Shown here: positions 35,400 to 47,500 of the stretch, one piece after another | Position numbering within the stretch: the stretch's first letter is position 1 | How the letters are laid out: every line of letters starts with the position of its first letter | DNA from: Klebsormidium nitens | Taxonomy: Eukaryota > Plantae > Klebsormidiophyceae | DNA: 59,639 nucleotides | Reading direction: 5' to 3' | NCBI GenBank assembly: GCA_000708835.1 | Contig: DF237488.1 | Span: 1 to 59,639 of the forward strand | Translations under genes and position numbers: made by a program | The notes under the pieces: generated by a model | What the model saw: the letters and a program-made list of their open reading frames with translations, nothing else | Told to the model about the DNA's origin: nothing | The model's database searches: none

Positions 35400-37869
35400 C
35401 GGGGTTGGCGAATAGTCAGTCCGTGTATATTTACAAGTCACTGAGAGTTCCTGGGGTCGATTGAAACTCGGAATTACCTGACCAGGGTTAAGGCCTGTCG
35501 TCGCACACCTTTATTCGATTGAAAGGTTAGTCCGTCATCTACGCTTCATAACATTTGATAACTCGTGCATATTGACGGCTGCCGGGCCCTTGACGACAGA
35601 CTACGACGCTCCAGCCTCAGCTGACGATATTGATGCCGGCATGCTATGGACGTAGTCACGGTAGTGCACGTAGGCCGTCGTGCGTGGCCCACGAGGCTAG
35701 TATTAGTTCCATTTCCCAACCTCGTCCGATTAGCTGGCGATCTGAGATCAATGATATATTCTTTGGGGCTGCGACCATCCCAATTTTTACCTCGTTGACC
35801 GGACGACGCCATTTTTTGAAAATGGTCATTTGCAATGCACAAACTTAATGCAGTGGCTTTTTGCGTTCTGCACAACGCGTTATTTCTCATTTGCAATTTA
35901 GGCCCAATCTCGGATTGCCGGGGACATTTCCTTCGCCGATGGTCATCCTTGCATGCGCGGCAAGCCATGATGCACAGCGCGGGCCAAATGACATGCGGCC
36001 TTTGTGCTTCAGGCTGCCCAAGCTTGTGCACCTTTGTGCAATTCGTTGCCAGCAAACGTCAGTGGCGCTCAAAATATGCCAGATGGGCCTAGCTGACTAG
36101 ACAAAGGTTCTCTAGTCAGATCTGATGTCAGTGAGCGCGCGATCGCGGATCATGATCTGGGCCGGCGCCCGGGCGCGTGCGCCGCCGGCGCGCTAGAGTA
36201 ATTAACCGTGACCGTCCGTCCGTATATACCGTCCTTGCTCGGGCCGGGCGCCGCCAGCTGACCACGCCGGGTTTGCTCAGGGTTTGGACGACAAAAGTGG
36301 CAATTCAAGATGCAAATGCGGACGAAAACCCTATTTCCCGGACCGCGGCCGAAACAATCATTGAATGCTGATCCTCTTCAGTTTCAAAAGTACACGTGAG
36401 AGCTGACATGTCAAACACCTAGTGAGATATCAAAAATTATCAACGTCGAACCTAGAGCTGCGATTTCTGGTTTTGTCCTTTCGACAAATGGACTAGAAGG
36501 TTCCGGTTTCAATATCTTCCGCCTCGCACGAGCGGAGTCGAGGTCAAAACCATGGAGAGGAAGCAGATAAGCATTGGTTCTGCACGAACATTGGAGTGCG
36601 CTACCCAGCCACGTCCCTTTTCCATGGAGTTCGGTTGTGCCCTTTTCTGCTTTTCATTCGCCTTCGTTCTTCGTGCAGAAGGCTCGGAGAGAGCTTTTCT
36701 AGACTGCTGAAGGACTCCACACAAGATTCAGGAGGACAGCAAGGAGGCGGATGAATCTTTGACCTGGCGTTCTTTGAAAACTCTCATAAATATTTTTGAA
36801 TCTCGTCGTGATAGCCCTTAGGTTCAGAGTTTACCATCTTAAAGCTAGGAACCTGCGTGCATAGATCGAGGCATCTCAACAGAGGATTTTCAAACGGAGC
36901 GCCAACCTGGATGTGCGCTTGAGTGAGTTGCCTGCACGCATTGTTACAAAGTGCATGCTCTTCACTAGGTCTTTGTGGATGTTGAATGCGCAGGGCCGAC
37001 GGTCGGTTGTCTTTGAGTCCTTCCTTGTTTGTAATAAGTGGTTTAGGAGTCGCGCACGGCTTGTATTTAAGTACACGCCCTGGTTTGCAATCAACTCCTA
37101 ACCCTTTGGTTCATATCGAGTCTCAAACCTGGTTGATTGTCTTCCGTATCTTCATCTCTTAATAAGGGTGAAGGAAAGAGCTCAAAATCAGGTGATCTTT
37201 GTTTAGTGGAAGTGCCAAGAGCTTGATTTCTTTTTGAGAGTCTTGCAAACAGTAGAGTCTGCTTAGAGATTGCAGATGCCCGGCCGAGTGCGGTTCTTTT
37301 AAAGAGCTCTGTTTTCCGAGAGTTTATGTCGAGCACTTCTTTTAAAGTCTATAATGAGCTCCAGCAGCCGCAATTGCAGTGTCCGACCCCAACACCTACA
37401 TAAACATGAAAACGTGAGGAGACTTAGACCTATGACTCAAGAAATTCTTACGCAATGTGCACTGGAGTGCTGATTGGTTTGTGTGCATGAAATGGACAAG
37501 TCCAAAGACGATTATACTGCCCGGTCGACTATCTGGCCACCATAGGTAGTCGGCAGACAGCAAAAGCTGGGGCACTACAACATTTCTTCTGTTTGAAACA
37601 CTTGCAGGGCTGGACCCTTTTGCGGCACGCTTCCTTATTCCCCTTCTGATTATGCATTCCACATTGGTGACCTCATTCTTCTTTTCGCGTACCGGCCACC
37701 TGGTTTTACCTTTCCGTTCTCTGGAAACCCCACATTGCCACCTGCAGTGAGCAGACGCGAGTTTCTGGATGAAGAGCTAGTACACTTTGCTCAAATTGCA
37801 TTTCCCCTCCTGCAGACCCTGTCTCCCCAGCTCCACCACCGCTCCCTTTTTACTTAAGTACCGGGCAAG

Positions 37870-40800
37870 ATGAGGACGTTTACGGGTGCGCTGCAGCAGT
37901 CGCTCTACCGACTGCATCAGGCGCACCCGCACCCTTGTGAAGAAAACTATCTGTCAATCTCGACTGGGTCGAGCCCTAGGAATATTCCAAAGCACAAGAA
38001 GGAGATTGACTACGTCTCCCCCGGGTCAAGCCCAAAGGGGACAGATTTTGCGTGCTGCAAGAGTCCCCCGGATGCTAAGGTGAGTGCATACATATTCTTA
38101 ATACGGTGCTTATGCAACAATCTCCGGTGTTCAGCAACAATCTCTAGTGTTCAGCAAATGCATTGTCTATTCTCCTGCATTCATCCTGGCATATCTTATG
38201 GAAAGCCCAGAGTCCGCACCACGAGCTGAGCTGCACCACCGTGATTGGCTTTGAAGTTGAGCTCTTTGTTTCAGAGCTCATTGGCAACGTAATGTGGGAG
38301 AGTCTTGTATCCTGTGCGATGGGTTTCTTTTCTTCTTGTGTGTTCGGTTTGCTTGTCCAATTCAATACCCTGCAGTGTCCCTGCCTGAGACAAAGTCTGT
38401 GCCGCAAGCGGTGTAAAGGATATTTGAAGTGATTCAAGATTGAGAGCATTTTCCCAAGGGGCACATCCTCGCAAAGGGCTCTGTGGTACAGCTTTTTCGG
38501 ACAAGGGTTTAGCTCACTGCCCGTGGCCATAACCCCTCGATGCAATTCACTTTCCCGCAGTCAGAGGCGCACTCTTTGCCCCGCTTATCACCACAGCAAA
38601 GCCTGATGTACAATATATTCTTTGAGGTCACAGTCCACCCTGGTTTTATTTCAAGCCTAGTTTCACGCAAGACTACTCTTCTCACTACTGAACTCTTGAG
38701 TCCAATGGCCACCTGCAGGACCATGCGGCCCTGTCCCCCCCTTCCCCAAGGGCCTTCGCCTCTAGTGTTTCTACCCCCCCAAACAATGTCTTCCGAATGC
38801 TGCGGCAGCGGGAGAGTGGGGGCGCATTTCGGCGGGGGTCCAAGGTGCTCATGAGCCAGCAGTTTATGCCCAATAAGCTGTCTGGCTTTGCTGGGCAATA
38901 CAACAACCAGGCCTTCTGCGGCCAGTTCAGCAAGGATGGGACGGTCTTCATGAGCGCATGCCAAGGTACGACTTGGTTGTGATGGTTCTTTGCATTGCGG
39001 CTGGGGAAGTTTGAGCCTCGCTTCTCTGGCCTTCTCTTTATCGATTTCTTTGTTTGTGTATTGTGTTCCCCCTGTCCAGTCCCTGACACATGTGGGAAAC
39101 AATGTGTCTCTCACCTTTCCAGAGCAACCTTGAGTTTGGGCCGTTTGGCGCCTTCTCAGGATGCTGTTGTCCCTTGCAGCTTGACTGGTGTGTTTCAAAT
39201 GTAAAGCCCTATTAGTCTCTGATAATGGTTTTGACTTCCCTTTCAGATCTTTGATTCGCCACCTGCGCTCTCCTCTTGAGCTGTTTTTTCTGTGATATCT
39301 CTTCCTAACCTCGAATATTTTGTTAACCCCTTCCCCCAGGAATGGGTTAACACAGTCAGATTCACTCTCTCCCTTTAACCAAAAACCAAAGCTTCAGAGT
39401 CAGGTCCTTATACTAGGTTGGAAAGCACTAGGGAACAGCAAGCGTTGCATACTCAAATGACAAGGATTTTAATCTCTGCTAACCCTCTGACTGTTACATT
39501 TAGTGACACGACCTTGGGCTTCACATTGCAGTCCTGACTTCAAACAAACACATGCTTCCCCTCTTTCAAATTTGAAAATGTGACCCAGCAAGACATCAAC
39601 CGCTTATTTCAACATACTCTTGCAGACCATCACATCCGGCTGTACAACACTGACACACTGACCGAGCAAAAGGCCTTCAAGGACGTCGTGGCGCGCGACG
39701 TCGGCTGGAGCATTGTAGATACCGACTTTAGCCCGGACCAGCGCATGATCATCTACTCGTCCTGGTCCAACTTCGTCCACATATGCAATGTGGCCGCGGA
39801 GTTTGAGCTCCACGAGGCCCTAGACTTTAGGTGAGAGATTTTCCCGTTGCGATCGGGCTTCATTTGTTTCATATAGGTTGGGGCTGTAGACTTGCTTGTT
39901 TCCTTCTTGTCTTGTTGCCTTTTCTGAGAGGCATGCTTGGTGGTTCTTGTAAGACCAGTCGCTACATATTTGGTCTGGTCCCCAATCCTGGAGGAGTCAG
40001 TTCTCTCCTTTGGAAGCCTCAACATATGTACAGAGCAGCTTTGTGTCCTGTCAAATGCACACATGCCTTTGTTGTATTTCCTCACAATCGTAGTCCTCAG
40101 CTCTATAGCTCTGCCCTTTCCTGCTCCAAATGCAAGACCGGCTGCTATGTTTCCTCGTCTTCAAGCCTGTTTGGTTCTACTGCATCTTTCCCCGTATCCA
40201 GGTCCGAGTTTCAAAGTTCCTGGTTATGTTTGATTCCAACTTAGTCATCTTTCCCTTTATTCAAGTCCTCCGAGTTTCAGAAGTCCTTGTCATGTCTTAA
40301 CTCAAACCGCGTCCCGTTTCTCGCAGACCGGAGTCCCGCCATTTTTGCCTCTTCTCCATCAAGTTTTCGCCCGACAGCCGGGAGATCATCGCTGGCAGCA
40401 GCGACAACTCCGTGTACATCTACGACATTGAGACTAAAAAGCCGACGCTCGTCGTAGACGCGCACACGGACGACGTGAACAGCGTGTGCTTCGCTGAGGA
40501 CAGCCCCTCCATGTTTTACTCGGCCTCAGATGACGGCATTTGCAAGGTCAGCCACTCTAGGTCCGGGTTTATTCTTGATCATTCCTGATTAGATTGTCTT
40601 AGCAATCGTAACTATTTCACAGCTTGTCCTTTGTAATCCTTGTACTCGTAGTTTAGTGCAAAATGCAGTATAAATCAGGGCCATTGAATCCGAGTTCGAG
40701 CAAGCTCGTGACATCCGCTACTTTCTCTGCAGGTTTGGGATCGGCGCCTGCTTAAGGGCGGCTCTAATGACGCCGTAGGAGTGCTAGTTGGTCACTCCGA

Positions 40801-42571
40801 GGGTATCACCCACGTAAATTCGAAGGTAAGCGATGCTGCAACTGTTCGCAAGAAGAGTTCACTCTGCCTTTGGCGAACAGCAAGATTATGGACGGTTGCA
40901 GACTTTGTGACTGTTTCCACGTTCGAAATGTCGAAAAGACAGTCTTATAAATCAGCGTTTTGATAAGATCATTCAGCCTCCATCTCTCAAAGAAAGAAGA
41001 CCAAGAGGTCCTGCCTTCGCTTCGTCCCGATTTTATTCGTCACCTCTGAAACTTTGAGAAGTCTCTCTTGATACAATAAGCTTCTCCTTTGCCGTGAGAA
41101 TGGGCACTACTTCCCGCGCATTGTTGGAAAACCCAATGAATGTTCCTCTGTAACCATAGCGTCACAAGGCGCCCTTTTGCAAAACCTTTCTGCTCGTTCA
41201 AATTCTGACATCAGCTCCTCCTTTTGTTCCAGGAGGACAGCCGTTACCTGCTGATAAACAGCAACGCCTGCTGATCAACAGCAAGTCAGTAGACAGATAT
41301 ATCATCGACTTGCAGCTTCCATTTTTTCTCCTTCAGTGTTTCTGCTCCACTCGAATCTAACAAACCGTTTTTCAATACCAGGGGGATGGCCGTTACCTGC
41401 TGACTAACAGCAAGGACCAGAGCATCAAGCTGTGGGACATCCGGCGCATGACCAACCCCAGCAAGATCGACAAGGGCCACGTGCCGGCCCGCCGCTACTG
41501 GGACTACCGCTGGGAGGACCACTCCCCGCGCAACCACCAGGGGCCCTGCAAGAACGACACGTCGCTGCAGACGTGAGTTCGCGATCTCGTTTCTCATGTG
41601 AAGGTTTTTTTGACGAATGAAAGGGCAGTTCTGTCATCTTGTGTTTGCAGCTTTCTTTGTGCCACCATCCGAAACTGCTTTGGAGGCGTATGTTTCGAGA
41701 CAGGCACATGTCCGCGCCTACTTCTCCCCGGTGGAATGAAAGTAGCGTTTTTAAACGGAAGTTACCCAAACCGGTTTCTAAACCTGCCTGATTGCTTTTC
41801 TTCTCAGGTACCGCGGCCACCGCGTCCTGCAGACCCTGGTCCGCGCCTACTTCTCCCCTGTCGAAAGCAACGCTTGACAACGCAGTCAAGCCCGCTTCAG
41901 AACTAAAACCCGGTTCTTAAAACCCGCTTCCTCATTCCTTACAGGTATCGCGGCCACCGCGTGTTGCAGACCCTGGTCCGCGCCTACTTCTCCCCGGTGG
42001 AAAGCACCGGGCAGCGTTACATCTACACCGGCTCGACCGACGGCACCGTGTACATCTATGACGTCGTCTCCGGGGAGACGGTCCGCAAGCTGAGCGGACA
42101 CTTTGCCACCGTGCGCGACGTGGCGTGGCACCCGACGCTGCCCCTCCTCGCAACGAGCTCGGTGAGTATCGGAATGTCGCAGCCGTAGTTGGGCCTCGAA
42201 TACGGAGTGGTAAGAGTTTCTTCAGTATCGCCTAACGTCGTGGGAATGAACGGGACCTGCTTCAAGGCCACTGGTCCGAGCTGGCATGCAGTGATTGATG
42301 CCAGTCTGTCGGTGTAGTTCATCTGCCTCTGAGAATGTTCATTGCAGTAGTGTGATTGGGATGGTACTCAGATCGATTTGAAGTCGGATCAGGGCTGATT
42401 GATTGGTCTGAAAAGCCCGGCATCTCGTGAGAGTTCCTGGTTCTTTCAGATAAATTGTTCCTGGTTCTCTCTTAGATAGAAAAAAAAAGCCGACTGAGCT
42501 TTTTTGCTTTCTTCTTGCAGTGGGATTGCACTGTCGGTGTTTGGGAACACCACAGGGCCAGCGAATCTTAG
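37870..42571 (+). CDS. DCAF11: DDB1-CUL4 substrate receptor DCAF11/WDR23 (LEC14B-like) WD40 protein, ~477 aa. Exons 37870-38079, 38719-38965, 39626-39830, 40327-40546, 40733-40825, 41382-41572, 41945-42161, 42521-42571; N-terminus less certain
   Basis: Exons sum to 1434 nt in frame. Motifs RMLRQRESG, AFCGQFSKDG, ARDVGWSIVD, AHTDDVNSVCFA, VWDRR, GDGRYLLTNSKDQSIKLWDIRRM, WDYRW, YRGHRVLQTLVRAYFSP, VRDVAWHP. Confidence 0.9.
41222..41285 (+). repeat. Intronic degenerate duplicate of the DCAF11 exon-6 acceptor and exon start
   Basis: ttccag|GAGGACAGCCGTTACCTGCTGATAAACAGC (EDSRYLLINS) versus the real accag|GGGGATGGCCGTTACCTGCTGACTAACAGC (GDGRYLLTNS). An internal ctgctgatcaacagcaag is re-duplicated. 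Confidence 0.85.
41710..41870 (+). repeat. Two intronic duplicates of the DCAF11 exon-7 start (fragment ~41711-41738; acceptor-bearing copy 41808-41868)
   Basis: ctcag|GTACCGCGGCCACCGCGTCCTGCAGACCCTGGTCCGCGCCTACTTCTCCCCTGTCGAAAGC lies 137 nt before the real exon 7 (41945) and runs into a TGA three codons later. Confidence 0.92.
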
Positions 42572-43618
42572 GAAACTGTAACTGGAAAGCAGGACTGTAG
42601 CATAGTTGGGCTCTTCTTAGCTAGCTGGCTAGATGTAGCGAGTATTTAAGCAGACATGTACATCTAGTCGATGTTGAAGGCTAGCGAGTAGTGTACAGAG
42701 GAGCAGGCAGGTTGTTTGGATTTGTGCTAGTACGTTCTGGCTTTCCAAGTGATTGGTGTGTGCTTACTAGATGAAGGTAGACGAGGTAAGCACGAGTCGA
42801 GTCGAGTCGTGTCGAGTCAGGTGGTTAGGTGGACAACTCAGGACTGCAGTTAACGAGTTTCTTGTGACAGCGTGGACAAGGCCATGGGGGCCATCCTGTA
42901 CTTTGTTCGTGTGTGTTCGAAGAGTTTAATCGCCCTAAATCACAATCCGACTGCTATAACCGTCAATAGTGGTTCGGCCGGGCAGTCACAACGTTGGCTC
43001 TGAGTAACCAGATTGTTTCGCTGCTTTACACCCGGAATGCCCCTGAGTCTGCTACTGGATACTACACCGGTCACGTGCAATCAAGTCGTCGCAACCACCA
43101 GCATGTTGGGATTGCACGTCTAACTCGATCTTAAAACGTACGTGGAAGTGAGGATCATAGGCCGACCATGTACTAACGGTATAATAAACTATGCGGTTCA
43201 GGATGCGACTCCAACCGTCAAGATACTATATTCTTATGATGTGCCACTTTCACGGGGCCGCCGGTGCCCCTGTGATGTCATGCATAGCGTTGTTGAAGTA
43301 GCTTGCAACCCCGCCCCTAACTCCGCCCGGTTGCTTGATGGAGAAGTGGTCGGGGCATTTCAGCAAGATTCGTTTGCAGGATAAGATCCATTCAGAAACC
43401 GCCGCGTGTCGTAGGTCGGAACCTTGGTGTTAGGGGCGGCTTGGCCCTTCAACTTTGTAGGCCGAGAGCTAATGTAGCTACCGGCTAGACCACCGGGCAC
43501 TGTCACAGGCTATATGCATGCTTATTGAGCTGCCCGGTCCAAAGTGTACCGCGCTGTTTCGACCCGGCCTAGCAGTGTTCCCAACTTCGGAACTTTCAAC
43601 TGGAGTAGGTGATACCTA

Positions 43619-43849
43619 GGGCCTATTCAGACCAAAATCGGGATGTGGGGTTTCACGGGCAAATCGCGAACCCGGGTGCCGAAATTGACATCCGACATCC
43701 GGTTTGGGCTATTCAGACCGACCGAGTCTCTGCTGACGTAGCACGCACCCCAACCCATTCTCATACCCTTACGTACAGAAAACATACATAAGCATGCACC
43801 GTCATAAGTGTGTACAGCATACAGTCATGTGTCGCTATGGATACATATC
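43619..43849 (+). repeat. Left inverted-repeat arm of the KDZ element
   Basis: GGGCCTATTCAGACC (43619), GGGCTATTCAGACC (43706), then a ~100-bp block that is the inverse of 58655-58753. Confidence 0.8.
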
Positions 43850-44516
43850 AGCGTTTCATGCAACTGTATAAATCGCGAACATACTATCCTCTTCCTTATG
43901 TATGTACCACCAACATATCTGCAGCAGGATCGTCTCGGGAGCTAAGTCCCGGACGACGATCGTCTGTCCATCGTAGGAAAGCTTGGGGATGAATGTTACC
44001 GGGGAGCACTTTTCTTGACAGCCGGGTCCAGCCCGTATGTCAGCCTTATCTACATTTTGGACCGTGTTAATGTTCCACGAGGAAACAATTATTCTTGGTC
44101 CGGTGTAACGCGGTAAAGCCGGTCTGTAGCCAGCGGACACAGACGAAGATTAGGGTTCCGTCCAACATGTTGGCCAAGCACACAAAACTGCCATTTGGAA
44201 CGTCTGCTGCAGGAACATTGCTCAGGATTACCTAGTCCGAGCATTATGAATCTGAGCTCCTGATCCCCCAGCACTCCTCATCTGCCGCCTTGCTCACGCA
44301 TTGCTGGCACTAATAGTATTAAAGCACTACTTAGCTAAGTGGCATACATCGGAAGGTTGCTCCTCAGGCAACTCAGATCTGGCTTAGATCAGATCTGGCG
44401 TCACCGTCCAAGGACCTTAAAGCTGCTCAAACGCCTCAGCTAGTGAGCGTATCCGTTCTGCTGCAGCATTGGCTTACAGTGAAGGTTAACTGGCCGATCC
44501 TTAATACCTCTTCACC

Positions 44517-47500
44517 ATGGACAGTCTGTCTCCAGTCAGCAGGGCGAAAAGAAAGGTGGAGGAGCTTCAAGCAGAGCTGGAAGGGGAGCTAGGTTTGGAA
44601 GCAGAGGCTGCTCGGGCAGCTGACCGCGTGGCAGCTTTGCGAAATGCTGCCAAGCCCAAAAGGAAGCCAAGCATTTCAGCTCAAGGCCCTGGAAGTGCTT
44701 CACAAACGAGCCGGCCATCAAGGGCTAGATCTAGATCTGTGCCTGCAGAAGGCAGCCAGCATGATGGAAGCTCAGAAGCTGAGGGACACACTGCAGCTGG
44801 TCAGCCTCCTACTGACGAGGCCGTCCGGCAAGATCCGCCTGCGAGACGAGCTGCCCCCTCTGGCCAGGACTCAGTTGGGGGTCAGGGACACAGTGACAGG
44901 GGCCCCCAGTCTGGGGCACAAGAGTGGCACGACTATGGTGATGGCGGTGCCAATGACATGGACTTTGCGGCTGAGCGTGCCGCTGAAGCTGCCCATAAGC
45001 TGGCAGAGGACGTCCGTAGGGAAGAGCGGTTTGCGCGGGCACGCCAGGCAGAAGGGGGTGCAGGCACTTCTCGGACGGAGTGGGGGCGACGGCAAGAGGT
45101 ACAGGCTGAAGCTTTTCAGAGTCTGCGCCCCCATCTTGCTCGGGAGCTCATGCACTTGGCCGCCCCGTTAGAGATCAACACAAAATGCAGCATGGAGGGT
45201 TGCGCCGGGCTTGCGGTCATTCGATGTAATACATGCAATTGGGGCAGCAACGGGGCTGTGTGCGCGGATCATGATCTTGAGTTGCACCAGTGGGCGCACA
45301 CGCATGATCGCGCCTCCTGCTTGAATGGGTTTTGGGAGGCGCTCCCGCCAGGCGTCACAATCCAAGAGGGGCAGCGGGTGCACGCCCCGAAGTGTTTTCC
45401 TTGCAAGCCTCAAGAGCCTTGTGGACACTGTGGTGAGACAAGCTGGTCTGAGCCAAGGGCAACAACTGAAGCCCTGACCTTGGTGCATACGGAAGCAGGG
45501 CGGGTTGAGTTTGTGAAAGGCCTGAGCCACTGTAACGCAGTCAAGGAGGATGGCTCGGTGTGCGGGGCGCTTCAGCTCCAAAAGCCCCGTGACATGCTGC
45601 GGATGGGACTGTGGCCAGGCACTGTGGACAACGCGCGGTTTGAGACGGTTTACAGTGAAGGCGTTCTGGGGTTTTGGGACACTCTCTCCAAGTCATGTCC
45701 TGGAACAGCGTACACCAACTACCTTCGGTGCCTGGATAAAAAGACAAAGGACCGAGGAGGGGTAAGTCATATCGCTTTCTGATGGAGTTCTTCTGAAAGA
45801 TGGTTCAAGCCTTTCTCTTCTTGATGCTTTCAACTTATGTAGTTTGGCAGGCACACACAGGTGTTCTGCAGACATGGTCTTCCAAGTGGACATTCTCAAG
45901 CTTAACTGTGATACTGACTACTGTATGTCGGATCAATTTCTAGGAAGTGTCTCTTTCTGCCCACTTGGTTGACTTGGGGTTCCTTTGCCTGCATGTCTTT
46001 GAGCCTGGAGACAATCACGTTTTTGAGCTCCATGGGAGAGCGAAGATTAGTATACTGATCGAGGATTCAGGTTAAACCTGACAATAAACCCGCTTTAACG
46101 TTGCTTTCTTCTTCTGACCAACTTGCCCAATCACTCTTTTCGTTCAAGTCTCTTTGTGGCATATTCTGTATCGACCATCCAAGCACGTTGCCGCTCATAC
46201 TATTCTGCAACCACGCATTGGCGCTCAGTTCAATCAATCTGAGTGCCAAGTCTCCAGCTTGTTATGTCCGGCACTTTGCTCAAACATGCAGTACAAGGTG
46301 ATGAAAGGGCACTTATCGAGTGGCCGTTTCATGGCCGTTTCAAAACCGTTTAGAAAGGTCTGATTATTTGCCCCGCCTCCATCTAGTTTATGACAAGCTG
46401 GGTCTTTAAACTTCTGTGCAGTAGTCAACTCCCCTGCAGGCACATGCCAACGACCTCGATGATCTGCGAACTAGGACAGTTATACCAAACAGGGAGGGGC
46501 ATACTCTTTCTGGCCTCTTATGCAGGTGGGCTCCATCAATCCGACGAGCTTTCGGACAGCTGCCAATGAGTGGAAGTTTGCCAAGTATGAGAGGACGTAC
46601 CCCGCGGCGTACCGGAATGGTTTTCAGTGCCCAGCATGCTGGAAGTGGCAACTTGTCTGCGCGGTGGATGGCAACAAGAAGCTGTACCGCTGGGACCGCA
46701 ACTACGAAATGTGGCGCGCTTCCTACTACGACGACCTCTTCTTCGCAAAACGGACCAGCGTTGCTGCGCACATGGAGGCGCTCGACCTGGCTGGCGGGCG
46801 GAATCGCAGGACCGCCCAATCAGGTAACCAAGTTTGTCACCTAAGTTTCACCGTTGTAAGCGGGTCTTTCTTGCTGCTGAAGCTTAGTGATCGAACCGTT
46901 GTTTCAACCTGGACATCCAAATGGAAAAAGCAGGATAATGTTGCGTTTCGCATAGCCCAACAGATCCGGCCCTGCAGGTCCCCCAACTGAAAGAGCCTAC
47001 TTCTGAACCTTGGAAATTGGTCGCCAGGCTCACTTCGGGACATCATACAGTCTGTACGGACATGATGTCAGCACTTCTAAAGTTGCTTGCTTTCATTCTT
47101 CAATTTCGCTCCATTAGAATCCCTTCACATGCAACGCTTCCTTAATTTGCGTTCCTTTGCGTCCTTGTCAAGGCGACCACAAAAGAAGCGCAGTCCGGAC
47201 GGTTACTCTGATCAATTTCTGAAGGCCAAGATCTCGGAGTACAACGTAGTCCCCTATGGTTCTGGTATCTGCGAAGGTGGCCCGCACTCGATTCTTCCTG
47301 AAGGACTGGGTGTATTCTTTCCAACAAGCGCACCTGATGACGTGGGCCAGATCAATGACTTTGCTGAACCTGACTTCGGGCTTGCATTCGTTAAAGAGTC
47401 GAAAACGTTCTCGCAAGGTCTCAGCTGGCAGATTGTCAGCTTGCTTTCCTTGAGCCCTCGGGCCGATCCGCGAGTCTCACCTCTGTTTTGACGGACCTGA

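Noticed and set aside
43573-43618. CAGTGTT hAT-like terminus just left of the KDZ element
   Set aside because: No matching opposite terminus or TSD within the window.
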